Of a DNA stretch of 64,000 nt, positions 19,850 to 28,732 are shown piece after piece. Location: NCBI GenBank assembly GCA_965227775.1, contig OZ245777.1:2528001-2592000 (forward strand), given 5' to 3'. The position numbers and the translations under genes are program-made. Position 1 is the stretch's first letter. The number at the start of each line of letters is the position of its first letter. Source of the DNA: Phycisphaerales bacterium (GTDB taxonomy: Bacteria > Planctomycetota > Phycisphaerae > Phycisphaerales > UBA1924). The notes below the pieces were generated by a model that searched no databases, was not told the DNA's origin, and saw only the letters and a list, made by a program, of their open reading frames with translations.

Positions 19850-20425
19850 ATGAAGAATCGCACTACTTGTGCTGTCGGCTCGGTCGCAGTCGTTTCGATG
19901 GTCTTGCTCGGGCCTGCGAGCTGTGCTTCGAGCGACAAGGAGCCAGAGGTTGCCATGAGCGCCGAGCCGTCGCAGCCATCAGCGCCTCCTCCAGCCACTA
20001 AAGCCTGGATGGACCGGCTGACCGTCGACCACGAGTACGACCCTGAGACCGGTTTCATCGTCGCACGAGAGACGATCTCGCTTCCTCCGATCATCGCAGA
20101 CGGGCCACAGCTTGACGAAGCGATTGAAGAGGCAGGCGACGTCCGGCTGGTGATCGCGTTTGCCACCGCTGACCGTTGCGCGCCCTGTCAGCAGTACAAG
20201 CGGGACGCGCTCAACAATGAGGCCGTGGTTACGCGGCTGTCCGAAGATCGCTTTTTGCCCACGCACGTCGAGGTTGACCAGTCGCCACAACTTGCCAATG
20301 CCCACCTCGGATCTCGTGCGATTCCGGTGACCTACGCACTGCGAGAGGGCCAGGTCGTGTCGCAGCTTCGCGGTCAGCGATCCGCCTCAGAACTGCTCTC
20401 CTGGCTAGACGGGTTGCCCGAGTAG
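19850..20425 (+). CDS. Thioredoxin-fold lipoprotein
   Basis: Signal with Cys (GPASC); ATADRCAPCQQY CxxC motif; cis-Pro AIP. Confidence 0.8.
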   Translation: MKNRTTCAVGSVAVVSMVLLGPASCASSDKEPEVAMSAEPSQPSAPPPATKAWMDRLTVDHEYDPETGFIVARETISLPPIIADGPQLDEAIEEAGDVRLVIAFATADRCAPCQQYKRDALNNEAVVTRLSEDRFLPTHVEVDQSPQLANAHLGSRAIPVTYALREGQVVSQLRGQRSASELLSWLDGLPE

Positions 20426-20468
20426 GCTGGCAATGAGAGACGGGAGCTCGACTGCTCATTGATCGGCA

Positions 20469-20837
20469 TCAACCCGCCCGCAGGATCTTCTCCATCTTCT
20501 TTCCCTTGGCGAGTTCGTCGACGAGCTTGTCAAGATACCGCGTCTTCTGGATGAGCGGGTTCTCGATGTCTTCAACGCGGTAGCCGCAGATGACACCCTT
20601 GATCAGCGATGCGTTGGCATTGAGTGTCGCACGGTCGAAGAACGCCTCGAACGTGACCGCGTCATCGATCTGCTGCTGGATCTGTTTGTCATCGAAGCCT
20701 GTCAGCCAGGAGATGACTTCGTGGAGTTCCGCCCTGGTGCGCCCCTTCTTCTCGATCTTGGTAACGTAGTGGGGATACACCGATGCGAACGTCATGCTGG
20801 CGATTCGTGCATCGTGCTCGGGTGTGGTCGTGGGCAT
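20469..20837 (-). CDS. DUF2200 family protein
   Basis: [45 protein letters not shown]. Confidence 0.9.
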   Translation of the reverse strand: MPTTTPEHDARIASMTFASVYPHYVTKIEKKGRTRAELHEVISWLTGFDDKQIQQQIDDAVTFEAFFDRATLNANASLIKGVICGYRVEDIENPLIQKTRYLDKLVDELAKGKKMEKILRAG

Positions 20838-20891
20838 GCTTCTGACTCCCCGTACTGGGATCTTCTGGGACATGCGGGCTGTGATCGCGGA

Positions 20892-23800
20892 TCAGCCGTC
20901 GCTGGCGAACTCGACTCTCTTCGTACCGCCGCGTGATTCCGTATCCTCGCGGCCCGACTCGGTGGGTTCATCCACGTCCATCGTTCGCTTGATGAAGTCC
21001 CACTGCAGGTGTCGATACTGACGAGACCAGATTCCGTGGCGACTGCCTGGGTACACGGCCATCTCGAAGAGCTTCCCCGCCCGCTGCAGGGCTCCAGCCA
21101 GCAGCATCGAGTTCTGCATATGCACGTTGTCGTCGATGGCACCGTGTACGAGAAGCAGGCGGCCGCTGAGGTTGCGGGCGCCCTCGACGGCACTCGTCTT
21201 CTTGTAGCCTTCCGGATTCGCTTGCGGCGTCAACATGTACCGCTCGGTATAGATCGTGTCGTAATCGCGCCAGTCGGTCACCGGAGCGCCCGCGATGCCA
21301 GCAGTGAACAGGTCGCTGTGCGTGAGCGCGTAGGCGGTGATATAGCCGCCGAACGAGTGACCGCTGATGCCGATGCGCGTCGGATCGGCCCAGCCCTGGT
21401 CGAGGGCCCAGCGGACAGCATCTTCGAGATCCCGCAGCTCGCCGACGCCCAGTTGCAAGTAGCTCGTCCATGCGCTTTGCGCTCCTTTGCCACTCGCGGC
21501 GTAGGGATCCACACGCAGTACGACGATCCCCGCCGAGCAGAGCAACTGCTCCCACGTGCGACCACCCTGCCACGAATCGCGCACGGTGGGGGCGTGCGGC
21601 CCGGCGTATGTCAAGACCCAGACCGGATAGGTCTGGCTCGCATCGAAGCCGGGTGGGTAGTGCACGACCGCTTCGAGCTCGATGCCGGCGCGACGCGAGG
21701 GGATCCTCGTGTGCTCCAGCGTCGCGAGCTTCCAGTCATCAAGCTCGTACACGGGGTTGGTGTCGAGCCATCGAATCAGTGAGCCGTCCCGCGCTGATCG
21801 CAGCGCAACCCTGTTCGGCTGGTTCACGCCCGACCAGCGGTCGATGAACATGGTCGCCGAAGGATTCAAGTCGACCGAATGTGTGCCCGGCTCGTGCGTC
21901 AGGCGAGTGAGTTCGCTTCCATCGAGGCGAATCTTATAAAGGTCATTGCCGATGTGCGAGCTTGTTGTTCCCGTAAAGTACAGCCAATCGGCTTCCTCAT
22001 CGATGTGAAGCACGCGGCGGCATTCCCAGTCCCCGCTAGTCACCTGACGGATGATCTGGCCCCGCGCGTTGTAGTGGTAGAGGTGCTTGAAGCCGTCTCG
22101 CTCGGAGGACATCAGGAAGCTGCCGTCGTTAAGATACATGAAGTCGCCCGGCGACGTGATCCACGCCTCGGTCCGATCGTGCATGAGCTTGGACGGCGAC
22201 CCATTGCTCGGCGACACGTGCAGGATGTCGAGCCATGTCTGGATGCGATCCTGCACGTGCACGACGCAGCTGCGGCCATCGGGTGTCCATGACACGCCAC
22301 TGATGAGGAATTGCCCCTCATCGTACGACGAGAGGTCGGCGAACTGGATGCGTCCACCTTCGGGGCTCACGAACCCGAGCTCAACGTCGGGATTTCGCTC
22401 GCCAGGACGCGCGTATCGCTCGACCTCGATCCGCTGCTCGCGTCGCTGGTTGTCGACGATCGTGTACTTGGGTACGGCCGTGCTATCGGTGATCAAGAAG
22501 GCGATGTTCTGAGAGTCGGGGCTCCACCAGTAGGCGCGCCAGCTACGGCCGAAGAGCTCCTCGAAATAGAGCCAGCTTGCCTTGCCGTTGCGAATGTCGC
22601 TCGTGCCGCCCTCGGTAAGCGCTCGGGGCGTCTGTGTTTCAACATCGACGACCCACAGATCGTACTCGTGAACGTACGCGACGAAACGACCATCAGGGCT
22701 GAGCGACCACGACTCTTCACGTTGCGGCGTCGCAGTGAGCCGAACGGCCTTCGATCCATCAGCCGACAGGTGGTACAGGTCCCGCTCGTGCTCAAACACG
22801 AATCCTTCATCGCGTGGTTCATAGAACCGTGAACCGACGATGCGACGAGCCCGCTCGCGATTGATCGTGGGCAAGCCCGCGACGACCGACACCACGGAGT
22901 CCGTCAGGCCGCGATCCAGCTCCTCGAGTACTCTGCCGGTGGAGGCGTGGACGCTGTATCGCCCGGACGTCCCAGGAATGCTCTTGCTCAGGTGCTCATC
23001 ATCGAGCCAGCCCAGCCGGGCCGACGGCGCGCCGTTGAGATTTGGTGCGCCTCGACGATCGATGATCATCTCCGACGTGATCCGCCTGGGAGGATCGCGG
23101 AAGTCACCAAGAGGCTTGGCGGTCCGCGTCAGGATCGGTGCGGGCTCGGGCAAGCGGTAGATCGGGAATCGGTCGCCCTCTTCAACGTGCCCTTCAAGGA
23201 AGTTCCACGCGGTCAGCCCGTCGGTCGACTGGGGTTCGAGCATGTACGCCGCCAGCGTGCCCAGGTCCTGTTCGGTGCGAACGAGGAACCAGCCGGCCTC
23301 GACTCGAACGCCCATCGTCTGGGCCGTGACCTCCCAAACATCGAGCATGCGATGGCCTTGGAACTCGCGTTCTGCCCGCCGCATCGAGTCGATGCGATAG
23401 GCCTCGGCGTCGAGGTCCATGTCTTCGCGTACCTCGTGCACATCGACGCCGTGTCGCTGCAGATGGCGTGCGATGTGCCCGAGGTCGGCCGGGATCAGGT
23501 ACGCCCAGGGCCGTTCGACGCTCAATGTTGCTTCGAAGTCGTTGACGAGTTCGACCTGGTAATCTCGCGGTTCGTCGGTGACATCGATCTTGTTGCCCTC
23601 GTTGTCGTACTCAACATAACCAAGGGCTTGGAATCGCTCTCGGAATGGGATGGCTCGCGAGCGAAGAGCGATTGTGTCGGCATTACCCGAGCGGTTGTGC
23701 TCGTCGGCGGCCTCGACGACTTGCCGGATCATCTCGGCGTGTTCGGCCGACTCCTGCAGCACGGCCCGGCAGAACTCGAGCGTACCGATCACACGATCCT

Positions 23801-24698
23801 TGAAACTTGCATAGGCATAGGCCTCGGACAAGATGCCGATGCGGTTTCGCAAACCCCGGTACGGCGTTCCGTATCGAGGCGAGGCCGGATACGTCGTCCA
23901 TTGCGTGTGACCGTCGGCGAAATTGCCGTACACCCACGCGTCGTAATCGGTCTGAGTCTCGAACCGCTCGTCAATCTGCGGAATGAACGTGTCGCGCGAG
24001 AATTCGAGCAGACCGGGGTGGGTCGATGGGTGCTTGGGCCCTTGATAAGTGATGACGTATCGGTGGTTCGATCCGTTGGTGGTGTGCGAGTCGACGATGA
24101 CGGCGGGGTCCCATTGGTGCATGAATCGCACGAGGGCGCGCGTCTCGGGGGCCTCCATCTTGATCCAGTCGCGATTGAGATCGAGGTCCTGGGCATTGTG
24201 CCGCAGGCCCATCTCGTCGGGCCCGTTCTGGTTGCGACGGTTGCCCGGATCCATCTTGTCATTCGAGTCGGGGTTGTAGTTGGGCACGAAACAGACAACG
24301 AGATCGTCGAGCAATGCCGATCGGTCACCTAGTGCAAGCTCGCGCGCGAGCATCTGTAGGGCTTCCTTGCCGCACGTCTCGCCCGAGTGGATGTTGCCAA
24401 ACAGGAGCACGACGAGCTTCCCGCTCTGCCTGGCCTCTTCGGCGGAAGTGACAGGCGGGTCGGCGACAACAAGCAACGGCAGGGGCTTGCCCTCGTGCGA
24501 GTTCCCGATCGAACCAAGCCAGGTCCGATCGCTCTCTTCATCCAGGGCCTGCAGGAACGCCTCGACCTGGGCCGACGTGCCCGTCTTGCGGTAGTCCGTC
24601 TGCTCCGCGACGGTCACGGGCGGCTCGGCCCGATCCTGGGAGAGCGCCGAGGCCGGCCAGGCCAGAACTACTACGAGAGCCAGGGTCGCAATTCGCAT
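20892..24698 (-). CDS. Secreted fusion: M14 zinc carboxypeptidase + dipeptidyl peptidase IV (S9B)
   Basis: Signal peptide; M14 GNIHSGE, DLNRDW, DSHTT; DPP-IV propeller WWSPDS; catalytic GHSFGG, DDNVH, SRHG. Confidence 0.88.
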   Translation of the reverse strand: MRIATLALVVVLAWPASALSQDRAEPPVTVAEQTDYRKTGTSAQVEAFLQALDEESDRTWLGSIGNSHEGKPLPLLVVADPPVTSAEEARQSGKLVVLLFGNIHSGETCGKEALQMLARELALGDRSALLDDLVVCFVPNYNPDSNDKMDPGNRRNQNGPDEMGLRHNAQDLDLNRDWIKMEAPETRALVRFMHQWDPAVIVDSHTTNGSNHRYVITYQGPKHPSTHPGLLEFSRDTFIPQIDERFETQTDYDAWVYGNFADGHTQWTTYPASPRYGTPYRGLRNRIGILSEAYAYASFKDRVIGTLEFCRAVLQESAEHAEMIRQVVEAADEHNRSGNADTIALRSRAIPFRERFQALGYVEYDNEGNKIDVTDEPRDYQVELVNDFEATLSVERPWAYLIPADLGHIARHLQRHGVDVHEVREDMDLDAEAYRIDSMRRAEREFQGHRMLDVWEVTAQTMGVRVEAGWFLVRTEQDLGTLAAYMLEPQSTDGLTAWNFLEGHVEEGDRFPIYRLPEPAPILTRTAKPLGDFRDPPRRITSEMIIDRRGAPNLNGAPSARLGWLDDEHLSKSIPGTSGRYSVHASTGRVLEELDRGLTDSVVSVVAGLPTINRERARRIVGSRFYEPRDEGFVFEHERDLYHLSADGSKAVRLTATPQREESWSLSPDGRFVAYVHEYDLWVVDVETQTPRALTEGGTSDIRNGKASWLYFEELFGRSWRAYWWSPDSQNIAFLITDSTAVPKYTIVDNQRREQRIEVERYARPGERNPDVELGFVSPEGGRIQFADLSSYDEGQFLISGVSWTPDGRSCVVHVQDRIQTWLDILHVSPSNGSPSKLMHDRTEAWITSPGDFMYLNDGSFLMSSERDGFKHLYHYNARGQIIRQVTSGDWECRRVLHIDEEADWLYFTGTTSSHIGNDLYKIRLDGSELTRLTHEPGTHSVDLNPSATMFIDRWSGVNQPNRVALRSARDGSLIRWLDTNPVYELDDWKLATLEHTRIPSRRAGIELEAVVHYPPGFDASQTYPVWVLTYAGPHAPTVRDSWQGGRTWEQLLCSAGIVVLRVDPYAASGKGAQSAWTSYLQLGVGELRDLEDAVRWALDQGWADPTRIGISGHSFGGYITAYALTHSDLFTAGIAGAPVTDWRDYDTIYTERYMLTPQANPEGYKKTSAVEGARNLSGRLLLVHGAIDDNVHMQNSMLLAGALQRAGKLFEMAVYPGSRHGIWSRQYRHLQWDFIKRTMDVDEPTESGREDTESRGGTKRVEFASDG

Positions 24699-24886
24699 GC
24701 GCGTCTCCGATTCGATGCCCCTCGTGGCTAGCAGACTCTTGTGCCACGAATAGCGGGCAGGAACTGTCCAAAGCGGTTATACCGCGGGCCGGGCAGGCGT
24801 TCTACGGGATCGTCGATTCCGCAGCGAAAAGCTAAGGAACGCGGCTCCGATAGCTGGAATCGGGTGGGGAATCCGCGAGCCTGGAG

Positions 24887-25378
24887 TCAACGGAGGGGAA
24901 CCGAGCCCACATGCGTCGTGCCGTCCGCACGCTGAACCTCGATCCACCACGCCGCACTTGGCGGCAATGGGTCGGGCGCGGCGGTCTTCAGCTCATAGCC
25001 GCCCAGTTGCTCGGAGTAATCCGCACCGGAGACCGCTGAAGCGAACCGGGACGCGGTGCCGATCCACCCGCGGACCGAGGACGTAGCCGTGCCATCGGGG
25101 ACTCTCACGATGAGCCGGAGCTGTCCGCCGGGTGACGGCTCTCCGAGGCCTCGCAAGACCTGAACGTCGATCGCGCCGATTCCGATCGAGCCGAGATCTT
25201 GGAACCCCGCAATCTGCTGGGCCGGTTGGGGTTGCTGGGGCTGGAAGATCCGGCCGGACTCACTTTGCTCGGGCGTGGCGGCTTCCGTGCTTGCGGGCGT
25301 TCCAAACTCCTCGCAGCCCACCAAGAGACCCAGGGCCCCGCAACTCATCAAGAGTCCGATTCGTGCAATCCAGCCCAT
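24887..25378 (-). CDS. Hypothetical lipoprotein
   Basis: GGAGG RBS, lipobox LVGC, Gln/Pro linker, beta-rich domain ending APDPLP...WWIEV. Confidence 0.7.
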   Translation of the reverse strand: MGWIARIGLLMSCGALGLLVGCEEFGTPASTEAATPEQSESGRIFQPQQPQPAQQIAGFQDLGSIGIGAIDVQVLRGLGEPSPGGQLRLIVRVPDGTATSSVRGWIGTASRFASAVSGADYSEQLGGYELKTAAPDPLPPSAAWWIEVQRADGTTHVGSVPLR

Positions 25379-25476
25379 TTCGCCTCCGTGCGGGTCGTTG
25401 CCAGGTAAGAGCTGGCTGCCAATACCATCGGCACACGTCGGGCATCGCGCTGGAATCACGGCTGATCATGCACGAG

Positions 25477-25502
25477 AAAAACCCGCGGCGCTGTGCCGCG
25501 GG
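25477..25502 (-). terminator. Intrinsic terminator for the small 4-Cys gene
   Basis: Minus strand CCCGCGGC-ACAGC-GCCGCGGG-TTTTT. Confidence 0.75.
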
Positions 25503-25531
25503 CATGTGGAATCGTTGGTTCGGATGACCGC

Positions 25532-25741
25532 TCAGCCGGCTTTGGCGGGAACGAACCCGGCGCAGCCGCTGGTTGCCGTCACGGTGAGGTTCAGGGGCTT
25601 GAGGTCGGGGTGCCCGCAGTGCTCCTGGAAGTTCTCGGGAGCCTGCCCGCTGATGCGGATCTGTACGAGCTTCTGATCGGCGGGGTGTTCTTCGCCGAAG
25701 TGAGCGCACTTGCCACACTGGCCGTCGGTGATCTGGAGCAT
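25532..25741 (-). CDS. Small 4-Cys metal-binding protein (69 aa; HiPIP-like Cys pattern)
   Basis: Strong AAGGAGG RBS; CGKCAHF...C...VTATSGCAGF; own terminator. Confidence 0.75.
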   Translation of the reverse strand: MLQITDGQCGKCAHFGEEHPADQKLVQIRISGQAPENFQEHCGHPDLKPLNLTVTATSGCAGFVPAKAG

Positions 25742-25820
25742 GGACGCCTCCTTGGATGCTGATGCCCGGCTGGTCCCGGGTTCTTTGCACAAGTATGGCA
25801 TCAGGATCTCAAATGTGCGC

Positions 25821-25859
25821 TGAGAATCAGTCTCATTCAAAAGATGAGACGGAGTCGCA
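25821..25859. promoter_or_regulatory. Two tandem Fur-like 7-1-7 boxes
   Basis: TGAGAATCAGTCTCA (25821-25835) and TGAGACGGAGTCGCA (25845-25859) in the divergent intergenic region. Confidence 0.5.
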
Positions 25860-25969
25860 TTCGCAGTCTGGACAGCGGGTTACTGGACAGCGGCCGCCGA
25901 CCGCCGAATACTTCCGGCCTTCGAGGCTGCTGGCCCGGTTGCCGGCGTCTAGAAGGAAACAGTTCGGGT

Positions 25970-26042
25970 GCCACCTTAGCTCAGTTGGTAGAGCGAAGCT
26001 TTCGTAAAGCTTAGGTCATCGGTTCGAGTCCGATAGGTGGCT
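25970..26042 (+). tRNA. tRNA-Thr (CGT)
   Basis: GCCACCTTAGCTCAGTTGGTAGAGC-AAGCT-TTCGTAA-AGCTT...GGTTCGAGTCC...GGTGGCT; no CCA. Confidence 0.95.
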
Positions 26043-26079
26043 TTCCCCACTCGTCTTTAAGTCCAAGGCTGCGGGCGTC

Positions 26080-27363
26080 TTACACGCCGCCGCGGTCTTG
26101 CAGTGTGGCCTCCAGATCGATGCGCTGGCCGTTCCGCTCAACGGTGACGGTGACGACATCGCCGGGCTCGTGACGCATGAGTTGGCCCATCCAGTCTCGG
26201 ACGTCGCCGACCTTCTGGCCGTTCCAGGCAACGAGCAGGTCGCCCGCTTGCAGGCCCGCATACTCGGCCGGCGAATCGGGCGTGATGCCACCAACGGCGA
26301 CGCCCTCGACGCCCTCGACGTACGAGCCGGGGCGGATGCCAAACCGGACCTTGATGCTGGCCATGCCAGGTCCGGATGAGGCACGTGGTCCACCAACGAA
26401 CTGGAACCCATCTCTCGCACTGGCCACGGCGTGCACGACCTGCATGAAGACCCGGGCGGTATGCGCGCCCTGGGTGCGATTGATCTTCCACGAGACGTCA
26501 CGCTCGGTGTGGTAGTCATCGTGCTGATCGGTCTGTGTCACGAACAGCACCGGCACGCGCGACTCGTAGAATGCCCAGTGGTCGCTCCGACCGCTCAGTC
26601 CGCTCTCGACCTGCTCGATCAGCGATGACGCCTCGAAGATTGGCGTGACGACGTCCTCGAGGCCCTGTCCGGTGCCGACGCCCGACACGCTCAAGCGGCC
26701 TTCCTCGACGCGACCGATCATGTCGAAGTTGATCATGAGCATGTGGGAGGTGATGGGGGCGATGGGGTTCTCGACGTAGTACGTCGCGCCCTTCAGGCCT
26801 GACTCTTCGCCGCTGAACGCGATGAACAGCACGCTGCGACGATCGCCGGGCAACTCGGCATACTCGGCCGCGAGCGATTGGGCCATCACAAGCATGCCGG
26901 CAACACCCGAAGCGTTATCGTCAGCGCCGGCGTGCAGCAGACCCGTTTGGCCGCGCGAGCTCAACTGTCCGTCGCCAAGATGATCGAGATGGGCGCCAAC
27001 GACAATGAACTGGCTCGCCAACTCGCCCTTGCCCCGCAGGATGCCAATCACGTTTTCTGCATTCGTCCCGTCCATGACAAACGCCTGGCGGTAGGACGCG
27101 TCCGCTCCCGTGCCGATGGCAGGATCGAGGCCGGCCAACTCGAACGAGCGCTCGACGTATCGCTTGGCAAGTTCCATGCCCTCACTGCCGGGTAGCCTGC
27201 CGCCCATGGCGGGACTGGAGAGTGTGGTCACATGGGTGTCGAACAGCCGGACATCGGCGTCGCTGGCCGTGAGAGCCCGCGAGATCGGGCAGTCTTGGCC
27301 GATCGCCGGAAAGGTGAGCACTGCGGCGGCAAGGATGGGCAGGACACGCGAGAGTCTGGACAT
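26080..27363 (-). CDS. M28 family aminopeptidase with C-terminal PDZ domain
   Basis: Signal peptide; GAHLDHLG, GADDNASG, FSGEESGL, NFDMIGR, SDH, DYHT; PDZ DSPAEYAGLQAGD. Confidence 0.92.
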   Translation of the reverse strand: MSRLSRVLPILAAAVLTFPAIGQDCPISRALTASDADVRLFDTHVTTLSSPAMGGRLPGSEGMELAKRYVERSFELAGLDPAIGTGADASYRQAFVMDGTNAENVIGILRGKGELASQFIVVGAHLDHLGDGQLSSRGQTGLLHAGADDNASGVAGMLVMAQSLAAEYAELPGDRRSVLFIAFSGEESGLKGATYYVENPIAPITSHMLMINFDMIGRVEEGRLSVSGVGTGQGLEDVVTPIFEASSLIEQVESGLSGRSDHWAFYESRVPVLFVTQTDQHDDYHTERDVSWKINRTQGAHTARVFMQVVHAVASARDGFQFVGGPRASSGPGMASIKVRFGIRPGSYVEGVEGVAVGGITPDSPAEYAGLQAGDLLVAWNGQKVGDVRDWMGQLMRHEPGDVVTVTVERNGQRIDLEATLQDRGGV

Positions 27364-27372
27364 GATCGCTCC

Positions 27373-27389
27373 TTGAGACTTAGTCTCAA
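27373..27389. promoter_or_regulatory. Perfect palindrome (Fur-like box) between -10 and RBS of the M28 peptidase gene
   Basis: TTGAGACT-T-AGTCTCAA; on the minus strand it follows TACAGT and abuts AAGGAG. Confidence 0.55.
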
Positions 27390-27415
27390 TACTGTAGGAG
27401 CGGCCCCGTCCAGTC

Positions 27416-27871
27416 TCAGCCCTTCTTGAGCAGTCCCAGGATGGACCCGCGCCGGAGCACGGCAACCATGGCCGACAGGAGCAGCACGGCGATCGCCATG
27501 CCGAAGAGCGTGCCGCCGTCGTCGCCGGTGCCGTCTGGAGTTGGTACGGCGATGCCGATGACTGCCACGTGCGATGCAATGGCTCCGAGCATCATGAGCA
27601 CACCACCGATAGCCCCAAATGCGGCGGTCCTGGGGATCAGGATGAGCACGACCACGATGAGCTCGAATACGCCCGAAGCGATCGCCGCCGGTCGTCCGCC
27701 CAGATCAGCAAAGACGACCTGCGTCTCGGGCGCATTGGTGAACTTGAAGAACAGCGTCTGACCGAGGATGCCGGCCACGACAAGCTGGCCGACCCACGAA
27801 GCAACGACGAACGGCTTTCCGCTGCGGATGGTGGGGATGCCGGAATTCGATGCTGTGCTTGCTTGGGGCAT
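27416..27871 (-). CDS. DoxX-like membrane protein
   Basis: QTLFFKF...PET, GVFEL, MMLGAIASH, DDGGTLF; 4 TM. Confidence 0.8.
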   Translation of the reverse strand: MPQASTASNSGIPTIRSGKPFVVASWVGQLVVAGILGQTLFFKFTNAPETQVVFADLGGRPAAIASGVFELIVVVLILIPRTAAFGAIGGVLMMLGAIASHVAVIGIAVPTPDGTGDDGGTLFGMAIAVLLLSAMVAVLRRGSILGLLKKG

Positions 27872-27925
27872 GGCAGGGGCCTCCTCGATGGGTTCTGGCC
27901 CTGCTTATCCCGTTGTTAGTCCGGA

Positions 27926-28732
27926 CTATTCCGCTCTGCACGCCACGCAGACGATGAAGCTGTCGTCCAGATCGTCCGCAGCCATCGGTCGAATAAACGG
28001 TCGCCCTTCGTCGTCGACGGCATCGGGAAGTTGGCCGTACACCGCCGTCGACGCGAACCCGGCTTCGGCCATCGCATCTCGCAATTCGGGCACGCTCCAC
28101 AATCGCCAGTGGTAGACAAAGGCGTCGATGTGTTCGGCCTCGATGACACCCGCTCGCTCGATGCGGAAGTGCAGCGCATTGGTCACCATCCCCGTGAGCG
28201 CGTCGGCCTCGCGCTGCTCCCAGGTGTAGCGCACGCGCCACGCGCCTGTCCCGTCGGGGGCTAGGTGCTGCGGTAGCGGGTGGTATCGATGGACCTCGCC
28301 CATCAAGTACGCGCTCTCGCCGCCATAGGTGTCGCACACGAATGCGCCCGCGCGGTCCAGGCGAGATCGCGCGTGCCGCAGGTAGTCCAGCAGGCTCGCG
28401 CGATCGTGGTGATAGCCAATCGAGAAGTTGCCCACCCAGATCGCGTCGACGCTCGAGGGCTCTTCGAGCACGTCACCCACACGCGTGTGGATGCGTGCAG
28501 CTTCGGTACATCGAGTGAGGGCCGCGGAATCTCGATCAACGCACCACGCCCGGTGCTGGTCGCTCAGCTCAATCCAGGCGCGGCTGACAGCGCCGCTTCC
28601 GGCGAAGTCCTCGCCGAGCCGTTGTGGCTCTTGGCCGTGGATCGCGCGAAGCAGGTCAACAACGTGCCGCGGGCTCTGGACGCAGATCTCGTAGAGGTCC
28701 TGAGCGGTGGGGGCCTTTGCGTGCTCGCTCAC
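27926..28732 (-). CDS. Class I SAM-dependent methyltransferase-like protein
   Basis: LYEICVQSP, LGEDFAGSG (motif I variant), NFSIGY, DTYGG, YTWEQ, WRLWSVPE; GTGA overlap with the permease. Confidence 0.75.
   Translation of the reverse strand: MSEHAKAPTAQDLYEICVQSPRHVVDLLRAIHGQEPQRLGEDFAGSGAVSRAWIELSDQHRAWCVDRDSAALTRCTEAARIHTRVGDVLEEPSSVDAIWVGNFSIGYHHDRASLLDYLRHARSRLDRAGAFVCDTYGGESAYLMGEVHRYHPLPQHLAPDGTGAWRVRYTWEQREADALTGMVTNALHFRIERAGVIEAEHIDAFVYHWRLWSVPELRDAMAEAGFASTAVYGQLPDAVDDEGRPFIRPMAADDLDDSFIVCVACRAE

Noticed and set aside
25700..25720. CGKCAH read as a c-type heme motif
   Set aside because: The pattern is CxxCxH, not CxxCH, and there is no export signal
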